From Candidatus Brocadiia bacterium (lineage in GTDB: Bacteria; Planctomycetota; Brocadiia; SM23-32), in contig JBKHIT010000007.1 of assembly GCA_046538485.1 (NCBI GenBank), forward strand, positions 32,001-96,000: DNA of 64,000 bases, read 5' to 3'. A program made the position numbers and the translations under genes. The stretch's first letter is position 1. Each line of letters opens with the position of its first letter. Under the pieces are notes generated by a model, which made no database searches, was not told the origin of the DNA, and worked only from the letters and a program-made list of their open reading frames with translations. Below are positions 1 to 9,800 of the stretch, piece after piece.

Positions 1-345
1 AGCGAGTTCTTTGCTGTCGATAGGGAACTCAAGGAATTCGTCGCAGCCTGCGCGCATACAGGCCACCAGAAGCTCCTGAGAAGGTTGCTGACTGACCACG
101 ACAATGCCAGGGTCGAGTTCGTCCATCGATTCTATCGATGTAATTGTTCGCAGGGTAGGGTCGCCCGGTGCGTCGACACCCACAACGACTATTGCAGCCT
201 CTTCTTCTTTGACCCGTTCGGTAGCGCGGCGTAGATCCGTGACGGGCAGCAGGCTCAGTTCGGGGTCCTGTTCCTTGAATGCATCAATAATATTTTCGCA
301 GTGTTGTTCATTTGGATGGCAGACGCATATACGGATGTTCGGCAT
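1..345 (-). CDS. Receiver-domain protein, probably the N-terminus of a CpaE/TadZ pilus assembly protein (runs off the window edge)
   Basis: Hand-translated from ATG 345 (GGAGGAG RBS upstream): MPNIRICVCHPN...AIVVVGVD...GIVVVSQQPSQELLVACMRAGCDEFLEFPID. The 'MRAG.EFL..P' signature is receiver-like, and the gene follows the cpaB-like gene. Confidence 0.7.
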   Translation of the reverse strand, partial: MPNIRICVCHPNEQHCENIIDAFKEQDPELSLLPVTDLRRATERVKEEEAAIVVVGVDAPGDPTLRTITSIESMDELDPGIVVVSQQPSQELLVACMRAGCDEFLEFPIDSKELA

Positions 346-363
346 AGAGTCTCCTCCGCTTGG

Positions 364-2622
364 CTATTTTCTTAGCCAGCCTTTTTTCTTCAACTCTTCT
401 TCTGCTTCTTCCACGACTGGATGTTCGGGGTATTTGTCTTTCATTTTTTTATAATATTCCAACGCTTTTTCTTTGTTATTATCGTCGATGTAGTAGTTCA
501 GACGCATCTTCGGGTTTTTGAGCCACTGTTCGATGCTTGTAATTTCATGCCTGGCGTTGGCTTTTTGAACTTCTGGCGCCATTAAACCGGCACTTGGTTT
601 GTAGCCACTATATTCCTCAGTGAGTTTTTCGAGCAGTTTCTCCACGCCTTTAACGTCCCCTTTGTTGAGAGCCTTTTCGATATCTTCAGCCAGTTCCTTA
701 TAGGCTTTTTCTCTTTTATGCTGTTCAATTTGTTTCTTTGCTTTTTCGGCCAACGAGTTGCTTTCTTTCAGGAGATCTTTCTGTTCGGGGAACTGCTTTT
801 TAAGCTCCTCATGAAGCTGGATTACTCGTGAGTTATTGCCGGCGTCAAAGGCTTTTTGCATTTCGGATAGTTTGTGTCTGGCGATTTTCTGTTTACACTC
901 TGCAGCGCTTCTTTTTGCGTCTTTGGCAATTTTAGGCGCGTATTGCTTGTACTGTTCACTGACCTTTTTGAAGGTTCGCAGAGCCATTTGGAGAGCCCCG
1001 TCTTCCTGCATTTCCTTCGCATCGGCCAGCATTTCTTGCGCTTCTTGTTTTTTCAGTTTCTTCTTTGATCGAACGGCGTACGCTTCCGTGCCTGAATTCC
1101 AGATCATTATGTTACCGTCGTCCCCTCCTGTCGCAACGTAAGCCCCGTCTGCAGAGAATGCGGCACATGTAAGGGCTTTTTTGTGGGCCTGGAGGGTAAA
1201 AATGGCGCGCGCCTGCGGCACCAGCCATATTTTTGCCGTTTTATCGGTGCTGGCAGTGAGGACTCTGGCGCCTGTTGGGGCGAAGGCGACCGCGCTGATT
1301 GCGCCTTCATGTCCGCCAAGTTTAACGGCACTGGTTGCTTCTGCAATATTCCATATCTTGGCGACTTTGTCGGCGCTCCCTGTCAACAGACGTTTGCCTT
1401 CGGGAGAATATGCGGCGGAGAGCACAGGTCCCAAATGCCCCCTCAGAGTCTTGATCTCTGTGCCGCTCTGAGTATCCCAGACTTTGACGGTTTTGTCTTC
1501 ACTCGTTGTGCAGATTTGATCGCCGTCGGGCGAGAAACACACACATTTGACCGCCGCCGAGTGTCCTTTCAGCACTCGGGTTTGTTCTCCAGTTTGACTA
1601 TCCCAGATCCGAGCCGTGTTATCGGCACTACCGGTCACTACTTTTGCTTCGGTCGGAGAGAATGCTACCGAGTAAATGGCGCCTTCGTGCCCGCTACATG
1701 TAACTTGTTTTGCCCATCCCCAGAGTTTCACAGTTTTATCTGTACTTCCGGTCGCGACACGCATGCCGTCCGGTGAAAAAGCAACCGTGGTAACGGCTCC
1801 GCCATGCCCCGAGAGAACGTAAAGGAGTTCACCTGTGTGTGGATCGCGAGCTCTTGCATTTCCGTCGCAATTGCCGATCAAAAGTTGTGAACCGTTCGGC
1901 GCGAAAGCGAGAGCTGTGATAGCTCTTTTTTCCGGCGAGTGGAACGTGCGCAACGGCACTTCTATACGCTCGAGAACTTGCTTCTCTGCCAGAGGGCGAA
2001 CTGACAACTTCCCAGAATTTTTGGCCTGCATAACTTTTTCCTGCAGGCCGACAGGGAAACGGAGATAAAGGCGGTGTTTATATTCTTTACCTCCATCATC
2101 CGTGAGTGCGGCAGGTGGTTTCCCTACGGAGAGGACCCGAACATTTTTGAGCAACGGTTCCCGGTCCCACCCCGACTGTATTTTTGCAATGTCCACGCGG
2201 TCACCGGCTTTAATCCCCTGGATTTCCTGGGGGCCAAAATCGAAATGTTCCACGATCACGCCCGGAGGAAGGATATCTTCTTTGTGGACGAGCGCTGCCT
2301 CGAAAATCGGTTGCCCCGCGTGCATTGACTCTCGCACAAAATGCCCTTTATCTTTGATCGGATCCGCCGAACTGATCGACTTCTTGGGGACGAATTTTTT
2401 GGGCCAATCTTTAAATCGTGCGTTGGCGTTTTTGCGATCTTCCTCGTGAAGCACAAGTTTCTCGCCGTAGCCGATATCTTTTGTGGCGACAAGAACTTTC
2501 TTCGTTACGATGGTCGGTTTTTCGACGGGTTCTTCGCTCAACAAAAACTTCTTGGCAAGCAAAACAGCACCAACCGCGCAGACCAGACCGGCTACAAGGT
2601 AAATCACAGCCCTTCTGTCCAT
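364..2622 (-). CDS. CpaB/RcpC-like Flp pilus assembly protein fused to 7 WD40 repeats and a helical/TPR-like C-terminus
   Basis: N-terminal TM helix, SAF-like VLVATKDIGYGEKL, RcpC-like IKAGDRVDI...LLKNVRVLSVG, seven GH...WD-type repeats, Lys/Glu-rich helical tail. Confidence 0.8.
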   Translation of the reverse strand: MDRRAVIYLVAGLVCAVGAVLLAKKFLLSEEPVEKPTIVTKKVLVATKDIGYGEKLVLHEEDRKNANARFKDWPKKFVPKKSISSADPIKDKGHFVRESMHAGQPIFEAALVHKEDILPPGVIVEHFDFGPQEIQGIKAGDRVDIAKIQSGWDREPLLKNVRVLSVGKPPAALTDDGGKEYKHRLYLRFPVGLQEKVMQAKNSGKLSVRPLAEKQVLERIEVPLRTFHSPEKRAITALAFAPNGSQLLIGNCDGNARARDPHTGELLYVLSGHGGAVTTVAFSPDGMRVATGSTDKTVKLWGWAKQVTCSGHEGAIYSVAFSPTEAKVVTGSADNTARIWDSQTGEQTRVLKGHSAAVKCVCFSPDGDQICTTSEDKTVKVWDTQSGTEIKTLRGHLGPVLSAAYSPEGKRLLTGSADKVAKIWNIAEATSAVKLGGHEGAISAVAFAPTGARVLTASTDKTAKIWLVPQARAIFTLQAHKKALTCAAFSADGAYVATGGDDGNIMIWNSGTEAYAVRSKKKLKKQEAQEMLADAKEMQEDGALQMALRTFKKVSEQYKQYAPKIAKDAKRSAAECKQKIARHKLSEMQKAFDAGNNSRVIQLHEELKKQFPEQKDLLKESNSLAEKAKKQIEQHKREKAYKELAEDIEKALNKGDVKGVEKLLEKLTEEYSGYKPSAGLMAPEVQKANARHEITSIEQWLKNPKMRLNYYIDDNNKEKALEYYKKMKDKYPEHPVVEEAEEELKKKGWLRK

Positions 2623-2746
2623 GAGTCAAATCCCTCTTGTCAAAGTTGCAAACGAATTACCTGAAAACAAAATCCTAACCTTGACCCGGGATAGTGGCGT
2701 TTGAACGCCTTGCCGGATACGTTGAATAAGCACGCTGGACAGTTTA

Positions 2747-3205
2747 TCACTCATGCCGGAAAACGCAAGTCGAGTGGAGATTCAGCGTGCCACTTACGCC
2801 AGGTATGAGAGTCCCGGTTACCACTTCAAAATTGTGTTCAACTCTTACATAAATCCGATCTCCTTGCTGGGCATCGCTAAGCCCGCCGGCGCGCGCATTC
2901 CCGCCCGGAACGGTTTCTCCGGGGGGGTAGACGTGTACGACAACATTGCAAGTGTCGGTATCAATACCGGCCGCGTTTAAAAAATCGTTGACCGCAGCAT
3001 CGACTTCGCTTTCTGTGCTGTTCGGCATGGAACCCACCCGAGCCCCTTCCCGAGCCGCATTTGTCAAAAGATGTATTCGGAAATAGACGATCCCAAGTTC
3101 TATTCCACCAAACAGCAGAAGCATAAAGATCGGCAAAACCAGTGCGAATTCAACAACAGCTTGGCCTTGTCGTTTCGATCGCTTTACTGTTCCACAGCTT
3201 TTCAT
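2747..3205 (-). CDS. TadE/TadG-like pseudopilin
   Basis: RQGQAVVEFALVLPIFMLLLFGGIELG and AAREGAR motifs. Start moved to ATG 3205. Confidence 0.9.
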   Translation of the reverse strand: MKSCGTVKRSKRQGQAVVEFALVLPIFMLLLFGGIELGIVYFRIHLLTNAAREGARVGSMPNSTESEVDAAVNDFLNAAGIDTDTCNVVVHVYPPGETVPGGNARAGGLSDAQQGDRIYVRVEHNFEVVTGTLIPGVSGTLNLHSTCVFRHE

Positions 3206-3589
3206 ACCCCACCTCTTTTCTCTTGCCTTGAAGGATAAGATGCCTCGATGCAGCCCTTTCTTACCTTTGAACTCAAAAGCGCTTCCACATAAGAGACATC
3301 CTCCAAAACACCAGGTCATCTAATCTATCGCAAGTCCTTATTCTAATATATTTAGAACCATCAGAATAAAATGTTATTCCTTATGGTCTTGCATATCCAT
3401 GCACACTCTTTCCAAAATCCACTTGTAATATATCCCACGAACGGAGGTACTGCAACTGTTTTTTGGCATAATTGAAGTTCAAAATCAATGAAATCTTGAC
3501 ACCAACGGCACGGTTGCCCGGCATTATGCACTCTGCTAAAGTGAAGAAGTCAGGAAAAACTATTTCTGCCCATTTGAGGAATTGACCCT

Positions 3590-4381
3590 ATGCACGAAGC
3601 CGATACGGTTAAATTTCTCGGCACAGCCGGAGCCCGTTTTGTAATGGCGAAACAAATTCGCTATTCAGCAGGAACGTTTCTCAGGCTCAGAGATACGTCA
3701 ATTATGCTCGACCCAGGTCCCGGCACGCTGACTCGATGCGCAAAAGCGAAGCCAAAAGTCGACCCTGAGAGTCTGGATGCGATTATTGTTACCCACGCCC
3801 ATATCGATCATTCGAACGATTTGAATGTGCTTATCGATGCCATGACCCGGGGCGGATGGCAGAAACGGGGAACGGTTTTTGCACCACAGGAGTGTTTGAA
3901 AGGCTCGGAACGCGTGCTGCTGAATTATCTCCGCGATTTTCCAAATAAGATAGTTTCTCTGGAACCAGAGACCGATTATGAAGTGGGCGATGTCCAATTT
4001 TCGACTTCCGTTCGACACCATCATTCCGTGGACACTTACGGAATAAAATTTCACAGGCAGGCTGGAGCACTCTCTTTTCTTGTTGATACTCAGTACTTCG
4101 ATGGATTGGCAGAGGCCTATGAAGGAGCTGATATCCTTATCCTCAATGTTGTGCGGCGGGTGCCCCATTCAAGTGGCAATGTCTTGCATTTGACTCTTGA
4201 ACAGGCAGAAAAGGTCATAGAGCACGTCCGGCCTCGGAAAGCAATTCTAACTCATTTTGGGATGACGATGGTGAAAGCAAAGCCCTGGGAGCTGGCCGAT
4301 GAAATGGCCCAGAAAACGGGGATTGAGGTGAAAGCTGCCAGCGATGGTATGATGATGGAATTGGACGAAGAGCAAGATTGA
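3590..4381 (+). CDS. MBL-fold metallo-hydrolase
   Basis: FLGTAG, DPGPG, THAHIDH (HxHxDH), HL and LTHF motifs. GAGGA RBS. Confidence 0.9.
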   Translation: MHEADTVKFLGTAGARFVMAKQIRYSAGTFLRLRDTSIMLDPGPGTLTRCAKAKPKVDPESLDAIIVTHAHIDHSNDLNVLIDAMTRGGWQKRGTVFAPQECLKGSERVLLNYLRDFPNKIVSLEPETDYEVGDVQFSTSVRHHHSVDTYGIKFHRQAGALSFLVDTQYFDGLAEAYEGADILILNVVRRVPHSSGNVLHLTLEQAEKVIEHVRPRKAILTHFGMTMVKAKPWELADEMAQKTGIEVKAASDGMMMELDEEQD

Positions 4382-4391
4382 GTGTGATAAG

Positions 4392-4526
4392 AAGGAGGTT
4401 AAAGTTCTTAACGACTTCGCCTACGACGGTTTTCTCAGCGGAGAATGGATCAACTGGGAACCCTACGAACAATACCTCCCACGTGAGATCGAGACTCTGA
4501 GAAAGTACGAAGCTGAAATCGTTTGA
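4392..4526 (+). pseudogene. Possible 3' remnant of a sugar-phosphate isomerase/epimerase (TIM barrel) gene
   Basis: Frame with no good start reads KEVKVLNDFAYDGFLSGEWINWEPYEQYLPREIETLRKYEAEIV*. YDGFLSGE resembles the family's C-terminal (G)YDGxxxxE motif. Confidence 0.45.
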
Positions 4527-4562
4527 AAGGGGCCGCCCCGGGTTTCAGCTACCGGAGGAGAC

Positions 4563-5339
4563 ATGCGACGAATTGCAGTAAAACTCGAATACGACGGGAC
4601 GAATTTTTGCGGTTGGCAACTCCAGGCGGATGTTCGAACAGTGCAGGGAGTGCTTGAAGAGGCAGCACGTAACGCCACAGGTATTGAAGAACGGGTTTTA
4701 GTTGAGGGCGCTGGCCGAACAGACGCGGGAGTCCACGCGGCCGGGCAGGTCGCTCACTTCGATACTGAGAGTGATCTGGACACAGCAGTGATGGGACGAG
4801 CCCTAGATAATTGGTTGCCCCGCGATGTCGGTGTCTTAGCTTGCGCGCAGACTGACAAATCGTTTCACGCCCGCTTTTCCGCTTCCGGCAAACATTATTG
4901 TTACCGGATCATCCGGTCTCAACGGACACGACCACTCTGGGAACGGTATTACCTTCGGGTATGGGAAAAACTCAAAGTAGAGCCGATGCGCGAATGCGCG
5001 GGATACGTTGTCGGAACACACGACTTCGCCAGTTTCACAAGCGCCGGGTCGGAAGTGGAAAACACGGTTCGAACGATGCACAGTTGTAAATGGCAGAAGG
5101 ATGGAGAGAATCTGCTGTTCGACATTATAGGGGAGGGATTTACCTACAATATGGTTCGTGCATTGGTGGGAACAATGCTGGAAGTGGGGCGCGAAAAATG
5201 GACATTCGAAGAATTCAAGGAAGTCCTTGAAGCGGGGGACCGCCGACAGGCTGGCCCCACAGCTCCCTCAAACGGTCTAATTTTGAGAGAAGTTCTCTAT
5301 CCGGAAGATGTGGAACCGTTTACGGAGCACCCGAGCTGA
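4563..5339 (+). CDS. truA: tRNA pseudouridine(38-40) synthase
   Basis: EYDGTNFCGWQ, GRTDAGVHA, FHARFSA, FTYNMVR, AGPTAP.GL. Confidence 0.97.
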   Translation: MRRIAVKLEYDGTNFCGWQLQADVRTVQGVLEEAARNATGIEERVLVEGAGRTDAGVHAAGQVAHFDTESDLDTAVMGRALDNWLPRDVGVLACAQTDKSFHARFSASGKHYCYRIIRSQRTRPLWERYYLRVWEKLKVEPMRECAGYVVGTHDFASFTSAGSEVENTVRTMHSCKWQKDGENLLFDIIGEGFTYNMVRALVGTMLEVGREKWTFEEFKEVLEAGDRRQAGPTAPSNGLILREVLYPEDVEPFTEHPS

Positions 5340-5857
5340 GCAGCGATGTGTTGACTGAGTTCTCTGGCCTCTTTGTAATTTTCAATTTGAAAGAGGGGAA
5401 GCTGTTCATCGGTAGTTTTCAAAGTAACGACAGGGAAACTATCCAGCTTGTTTTCCCGTCCCGAGGCATGGAACTGTACTTTCACCGTTACCAGTTCGTC
5501 CTTTGTCCATTGGCGCGTTCGGATAGGGATTCTCAGCAGCTTTTCCACGGAGATCACGCGGTTCCTGTCGAAATCGAGCTGCGTTTCGGAATCGTACGTG
5601 TAGAGCACAAATCCTGCGAGAAGCAGGCCGAACGAGGGAAATGTAATGAAAGTGATGAATGCGGGCAGGGTCTTAGGGCTGACGTCCGCGGTGACGGAGA
5701 CGATTACACCGGCACCGGCGACGATTGCGATAAGCAGGGCAACGGGGCGAGAAAAACTTGAGCGGCACTCCAGACGGTCCCGTTCCAGCGAAATCAGGTT
5801 ATGATGCACCAAGCGCATTTCTTGGCCCTTATTTGACCCAAAAAGTGTATCATACAT
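5297..5857 (-). CDS. Hypothetical membrane protein (2 TM)
   Basis: Two hydrophobic segments then a soluble domain. Fills the gap between convergent truA and the divergent nitroreductase. Start uncertain (5857 or 5818). Confidence 0.6.
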   Translation of the reverse strand: MYDTLFGSNKGQEMRLVHHNLISLERDRLECRSSFSRPVALLIAIVAGAGVIVSVTADVSPKTLPAFITFITFPSFGLLLAGFVLYTYDSETQLDFDRNRVISVEKLLRIPIRTRQWTKDELVTVKVQFHASGRENKLDSFPVVTLKTTDEQLPLFQIENYKEARELSQHIAAQLGCSVNGSTSSG

Positions 5858-5985
5858 CAGCCTGTCCTGTATGCCAACTTAGCCGGTCAACTTATTCTCT
5901 ATGATTGAAACCTGGGCCGGGTTTAACTACACTGAAAAATGCTTGCAAGCTGTTATTCGAAGGTGGATTCATTCCGGAGAGTGCG

Positions 5986-6492
5986 ATGGATTTTTTCGAG
6001 ACGGTGAAGGCGAGGGCAAGCGTGCGCTCCTTCGAACCCTGCAATATTTCGGAGGAGGAACTTCTGCAGATCGTCGATGCTGGCCGCCGCGCCCCTTCTG
6101 GTTATAATCGCCAGCCATGTGAATATGTCCTGATTCAGGACGAAAATACTCTGGACAAATTGGATAAAATCCAGGGGTGCCTGGCGGAAGCGTCGGCGGC
6201 TATCGCCGTTGTGGTGGACGAGTCGGCGACCAAGTTCTGGAAAGAAGATGCGTCTGCAGCGATTGAAAATATGCTTCTTGCCGCTGTGTCTATTGGTTAT
6301 TGTTCTTTGTGGATTGAAGGTTATGTGCTGAGGCATGAAGAGTTTGGGAAAAGTGTTCTTGGTGTGCCAGAAGATCGTCGATTACTGGCGATTTTGCCGA
6401 TTGGAAAACCGGCCGGGCAACCTCAACAGGCGGAGAAAAAGGGTCTTGATGATATACTGTACAGAGAAAGATACGGAGTGTCGCCGGAATAA
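5986..6492 (+). CDS. Nitroreductase family protein
   Basis: RASVRSF, APSGYNRQP, AIENMLLAA..GYCSLW. ATG 5986 follows GGAGAG. Confidence 0.92.
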   Translation: MDFFETVKARASVRSFEPCNISEEELLQIVDAGRRAPSGYNRQPCEYVLIQDENTLDKLDKIQGCLAEASAAIAVVVDESATKFWKEDASAAIENMLLAAVSIGYCSLWIEGYVLRHEEFGKSVLGVPEDRRLLAILPIGKPAGQPQQAEKKGLDDILYRERYGVSPE

Positions 6493-6508
6493 TTGTCAAG
6501 GAGCTGAC

Positions 6509-7483
6509 TTGGATTTGGACGGACGAGGACTGGTTTCTTGCAGTTTCCGTAGTTTGCGAATTCTTTTTTCGCTTGTGGTTCTGGCACTGTCTGTTTTTGG
6601 GATGGCAGGTTGCGAAAAAGAGACAGATAAGGAGAAAAAAAGCGCGCAGGAAAAAGTAATATTTTGGAAGGGTAAATACGATGATATCGTGCAGAAGAAT
6701 GAGAAGGCCTACGACGATATAAAAAACTTGAAGACTCAAAATGCTGAGTTGAAAGAACGCGTTGACGCGTTGGAAGAGAAGGTTCAGGAGCAGGCAGGGG
6801 CGGCTGAGATAAGGGAAGAGTTGAAAGCAACGAAGGAAAAAATTGGCGACAAAGACGAGCAAATAGAGCAGCTTCAGGATAAAGTGCTGGAGTTGCAGAA
6901 AGATCTTAAAGAGATGGAAGCGGAAGAAGCCGGATCGGCGAGCGCTGAGGCGCTGAAAAACCTTGAAACAAAAACTGCTGCCACAAGGAAAGATCTCGCG
7001 AAGGTAGGTGAGAAGCTCTTCAGGGAAGAGCGCAATGCAGAGGCGCGATCGGTTCTGGAATCTGCCGTCGCGCTCGGGTTGGAAGATCCGGAATCGCTTT
7101 TCCAGCTCGGCTATGTTTCTGCGGAAGAAGGAGAATACGAAGCGGCAGCGAGATGGTACATGAAAAGCGCTGCAAAGGCCAGAGAGAAGCCGGAAGAGTT
7201 TGCTGAATTGTTGCCGAAAGTGACGAATAATTGCGGCGTCGTTTTGGCGAAAAGCGGGAAGGTAGAAGAAGCGTTGAAATGGTACAAACGTTCCGTTGAT
7301 TACAATGATAAATATGCGCCCGTCTGTTTCAATTTGGCCAGATCCTATCAGGAACATCTGGACGAACCGCGGAAGGCGATCGAGTTTTATCGGCGGCATA
7401 TAGCTCTCAGGGGTCGCCAGAGCATAGCTGCGGAAGAGGCCATCGCAAAGTTACAGAAGAGTCTTGAATCGGAAGGAAATTAA
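6509..7483 (+). CDS. Lipoprotein with coiled coil and TPR repeats
   Basis: Signal peptide ending MAGC, long heptad region, TPR-like FQLGYV...YEAAARWY, NNCGVVL...VEEALKWY, FNLARSY. TTG 6509 after AAGGAG chosen as start. Confidence 0.75.
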   Translation: MDLDGRGLVSCSFRSLRILFSLVVLALSVFGMAGCEKETDKEKKSAQEKVIFWKGKYDDIVQKNEKAYDDIKNLKTQNAELKERVDALEEKVQEQAGAAEIREELKATKEKIGDKDEQIEQLQDKVLELQKDLKEMEAEEAGSASAEALKNLETKTAATRKDLAKVGEKLFREERNAEARSVLESAVALGLEDPESLFQLGYVSAEEGEYEAAARWYMKSAAKAREKPEEFAELLPKVTNNCGVVLAKSGKVEEALKWYKRSVDYNDKYAPVCFNLARSYQEHLDEPRKAIEFYRRHIALRGRQSIAAEEAIAKLQKSLESEGN

Positions 7484-7519
7484 TCGGGCAAGCAAAACTC
7501 GGACTCTTTACTCGGGGTG

Positions 7520-8371
7520 TTACCCCAGGATCTTGGCGAACCAATGAGCGGTATGAGTGAGGGCTTCTTTTTTCCAGGGCAGCGAGTAGAAATTGTGATT
7601 GGATCTTTTCACAACATGGAACTCGGCCGCCGGTTTTTTGTCGGCCAGGAATTCACCGAATAATTTACGTGCGTCTTTTGCCTCGGGGTCTGCCCCCCCG
7701 AAAAGAAACAACAAGTTCCCGGGGTAATTTGCCAGGGCTTCAACGATTTTTTCCTCTTGCTGAAATTCCTGAGGATTCCGCTCATGTTGGTCACTGTCTT
7801 TGCGGTAATGCCCGAAAAGAACGTCGAAAATCATGCCGAAATTAATTCGGCCTTTGACGAGTTTCGTCCACGTTTCTCGTCGCAATGCTTTCTTGATGTA
7901 GGTTTTTAAGAAGTGTCCCGTGCGTTTCACATCCTGGCGACGTTGTCTCTGGATTTGGAACGGGTATGTTGACCAGCAGGCCACGGCGGAAATCCGCCCG
8001 TCCATTGAGGCCGCGCTGAGGGCAACGTTACCGCCGGAACACATTCCCAGGAGGGCAATGGGGAGGGAAGCGTCAAATGTGTTCTGCAGGTAGTCGATGG
8101 CGGCAGTGGTATCCTTGAGCATTCGGTCGACATCCGTCTGAAATGGATCCCCTTCGCTTTCCCCTCGGCCGCTGAAATCAAAACGTAAAGTGGCCATCCC
8201 GCGGAGGTTGAGGTTGCGAGCCGTCTCAACAAGTATACGATGGGGACCCATCCGGCAGCCACTCCAGCCATGAAGCAACACGACTCCGCCCACCGGGTCG
8301 GTATCCGGCAGTCCCAGGATGCCATAAAGTCGTTCGGAACAGCTTATAAAATTCGCGGGTTTTTCGGGCAT
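7520..8371 (-). CDS. Alpha/beta-fold hydrolase with a Cys at the nucleophile elbow
   Basis: LLHGW, RFDFSGRGESEG, GMCSGG, GGAD, SNHNF. Confidence 0.85.
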   Translation of the reverse strand: MPEKPANFISCSERLYGILGLPDTDPVGGVVLLHGWSGCRMGPHRILVETARNLNLRGMATLRFDFSGRGESEGDPFQTDVDRMLKDTTAAIDYLQNTFDASLPIALLGMCSGGNVALSAASMDGRISAVACWSTYPFQIQRQRRQDVKRTGHFLKTYIKKALRRETWTKLVKGRINFGMIFDVLFGHYRKDSDQHERNPQEFQQEEKIVEALANYPGNLLFLFGGADPEAKDARKLFGEFLADKKPAAEFHVVKRSNHNFYSLPWKKEALTHTAHWFAKILG

Positions 8372-8474
8372 GGGTTCCAAGAATCCGATTCCAGAGCGGT
8401 TTCCCCGAAGAGGGTGTGTTGCCCGGAGAAACGGAAAGTCGATTTCTATAGCCTGCAACTATTCAGGCTAACTT

Positions 8475-8510
8475 GTCATTGCGAGGCGGTATCGCCGCCG
8501 CGGCAATCTC
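8475..8510. repeat. Palindromic dispersed repeat, GTCATTGCGAG...GCAATCTC family
   Basis: Related units at 14971-15039 and 20294-20331. Confidence 0.65.
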
Positions 8511-8624
8511 GCTGTTGGGCCAAAAGAAAGACGGGATTGTCCGCCGGAGGTCGAATGAACTTCGCCCTTCTTGAGGTGAGCTTGCAGTGAGCTATCAAGC
8601 GCGGTCCCCCGGTCAGGGGGGCGT

Positions 8625-9488
8625 TCAGGCGCCGAGCAGTTGCGCGACTTTTCTGAAGAATCTCGATACCTTGCCCGCCGATCCGGAAAACATTTTATCG
8701 GGAGACTTCAATTGATCTTTGGGTTCAACATGTTCGCGAACCGTCTGGAATTCTCCGGCATCGAACCAGAGCCCGTGGCATTCTGGACACATTTCGACCT
8801 TGACTTTTGTGCCAGGATAATTGAACGAGGCCATTTGTTCGCGGCAATGGGGACATTCTCTATCGGAAAGCGTAGCATTTGCTGGGATGTCAGGGGGGCC
8901 CTCTTTCATGTACAGAACCTGTTCCAGTTCGCCTCCGTCGAACCAGATTCCCCGGCAGTTCTGACATTGGTCAAGAATAACCCCGCTGTAGTCGAGAGGT
9001 ACCTCTTCAAGAGCGGCTTTCTCACATCTGGGACATGGCATAGTGACGGTTTCGACATCGACCAGCATCTGACGCATTATTTGGGTTGTGGATTCTTCTT
9101 TCCCCTCCAGGACCGCCAATTCCTTCTCCGTGAGTGAATGGTGCCATTCGCGAATTTGCTCAAATTCGCCACGGTCCAGCCATACGCCTCCGCAATCTTC
9201 ACATGCATCGACAGTAACGTCCGTAGGGGGGTAGACAAAGGTAAAAAGTCTCCCACCGCAACGCGGGCAGGCCAGGTCTGTTTCCTCTCTCTCAGGAGGG
9301 ACACCCCGGTGCCCCGCGTTTGTGCGTAATATCTCTTGTAACTCGCCGTTATCGAACCAGAGCCCTCGACATTCGGGGCATCTGTCGATAACAAGGTCGC
9401 TCCGCGGGAAGGTCAGTTCCTCCATATCCACATCATTGCATTTGGGACATGAGAGGTCGGTGGCATTTTTTTCAGCGGATTTTCTCAT
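8625..9488 (-). CDS. Protein with four tandem zf-TFIIB-like zinc ribbons
   Basis: Four CPxC...CxxCxGxW(F/L)DxGE units. The real start is probably ATG 9488, and the longer ORF extension overlaps the next gene. Confidence 0.85.
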   Translation of the reverse strand: MRKSAEKNATDLSCPKCNDVDMEELTFPRSDLVIDRCPECRGLWFDNGELQEILRTNAGHRGVPPEREETDLACPRCGGRLFTFVYPPTDVTVDACEDCGGVWLDRGEFEQIREWHHSLTEKELAVLEGKEESTTQIMRQMLVDVETVTMPCPRCEKAALEEVPLDYSGVILDQCQNCRGIWFDGGELEQVLYMKEGPPDIPANATLSDRECPHCREQMASFNYPGTKVKVEMCPECHGLWFDAGEFQTVREHVEPKDQLKSPDKMFSGSAGKVSRFFRKVAQLLGA

Positions 9489-9800
9489 AATCGAAACAAG
9501 TTCGTGAAAACCAAAAAGTAATGACCTTTTCCGATACAGCCCATACACCAGTATCATAAAACGATCCCCGACAAGATTCAACAGGTTGAGCCCGGACCAG
9601 ACCTCCGATCCAATCCAGCCACCCGGCGCAGAACACCCGCTCCCCCAAACGAGGGTACATTTGACAAAGATCTTCCGGTATCCAGAATAGATATGAATGA
9701 GAACACCGATGAAAGTATTTGATCCAACGCGTTTTGTCAGGATACCGACGGCGTGGACCACCGCCTGCGGGTCAGTATCTCCGTTATAGAGAGGGCCGCC

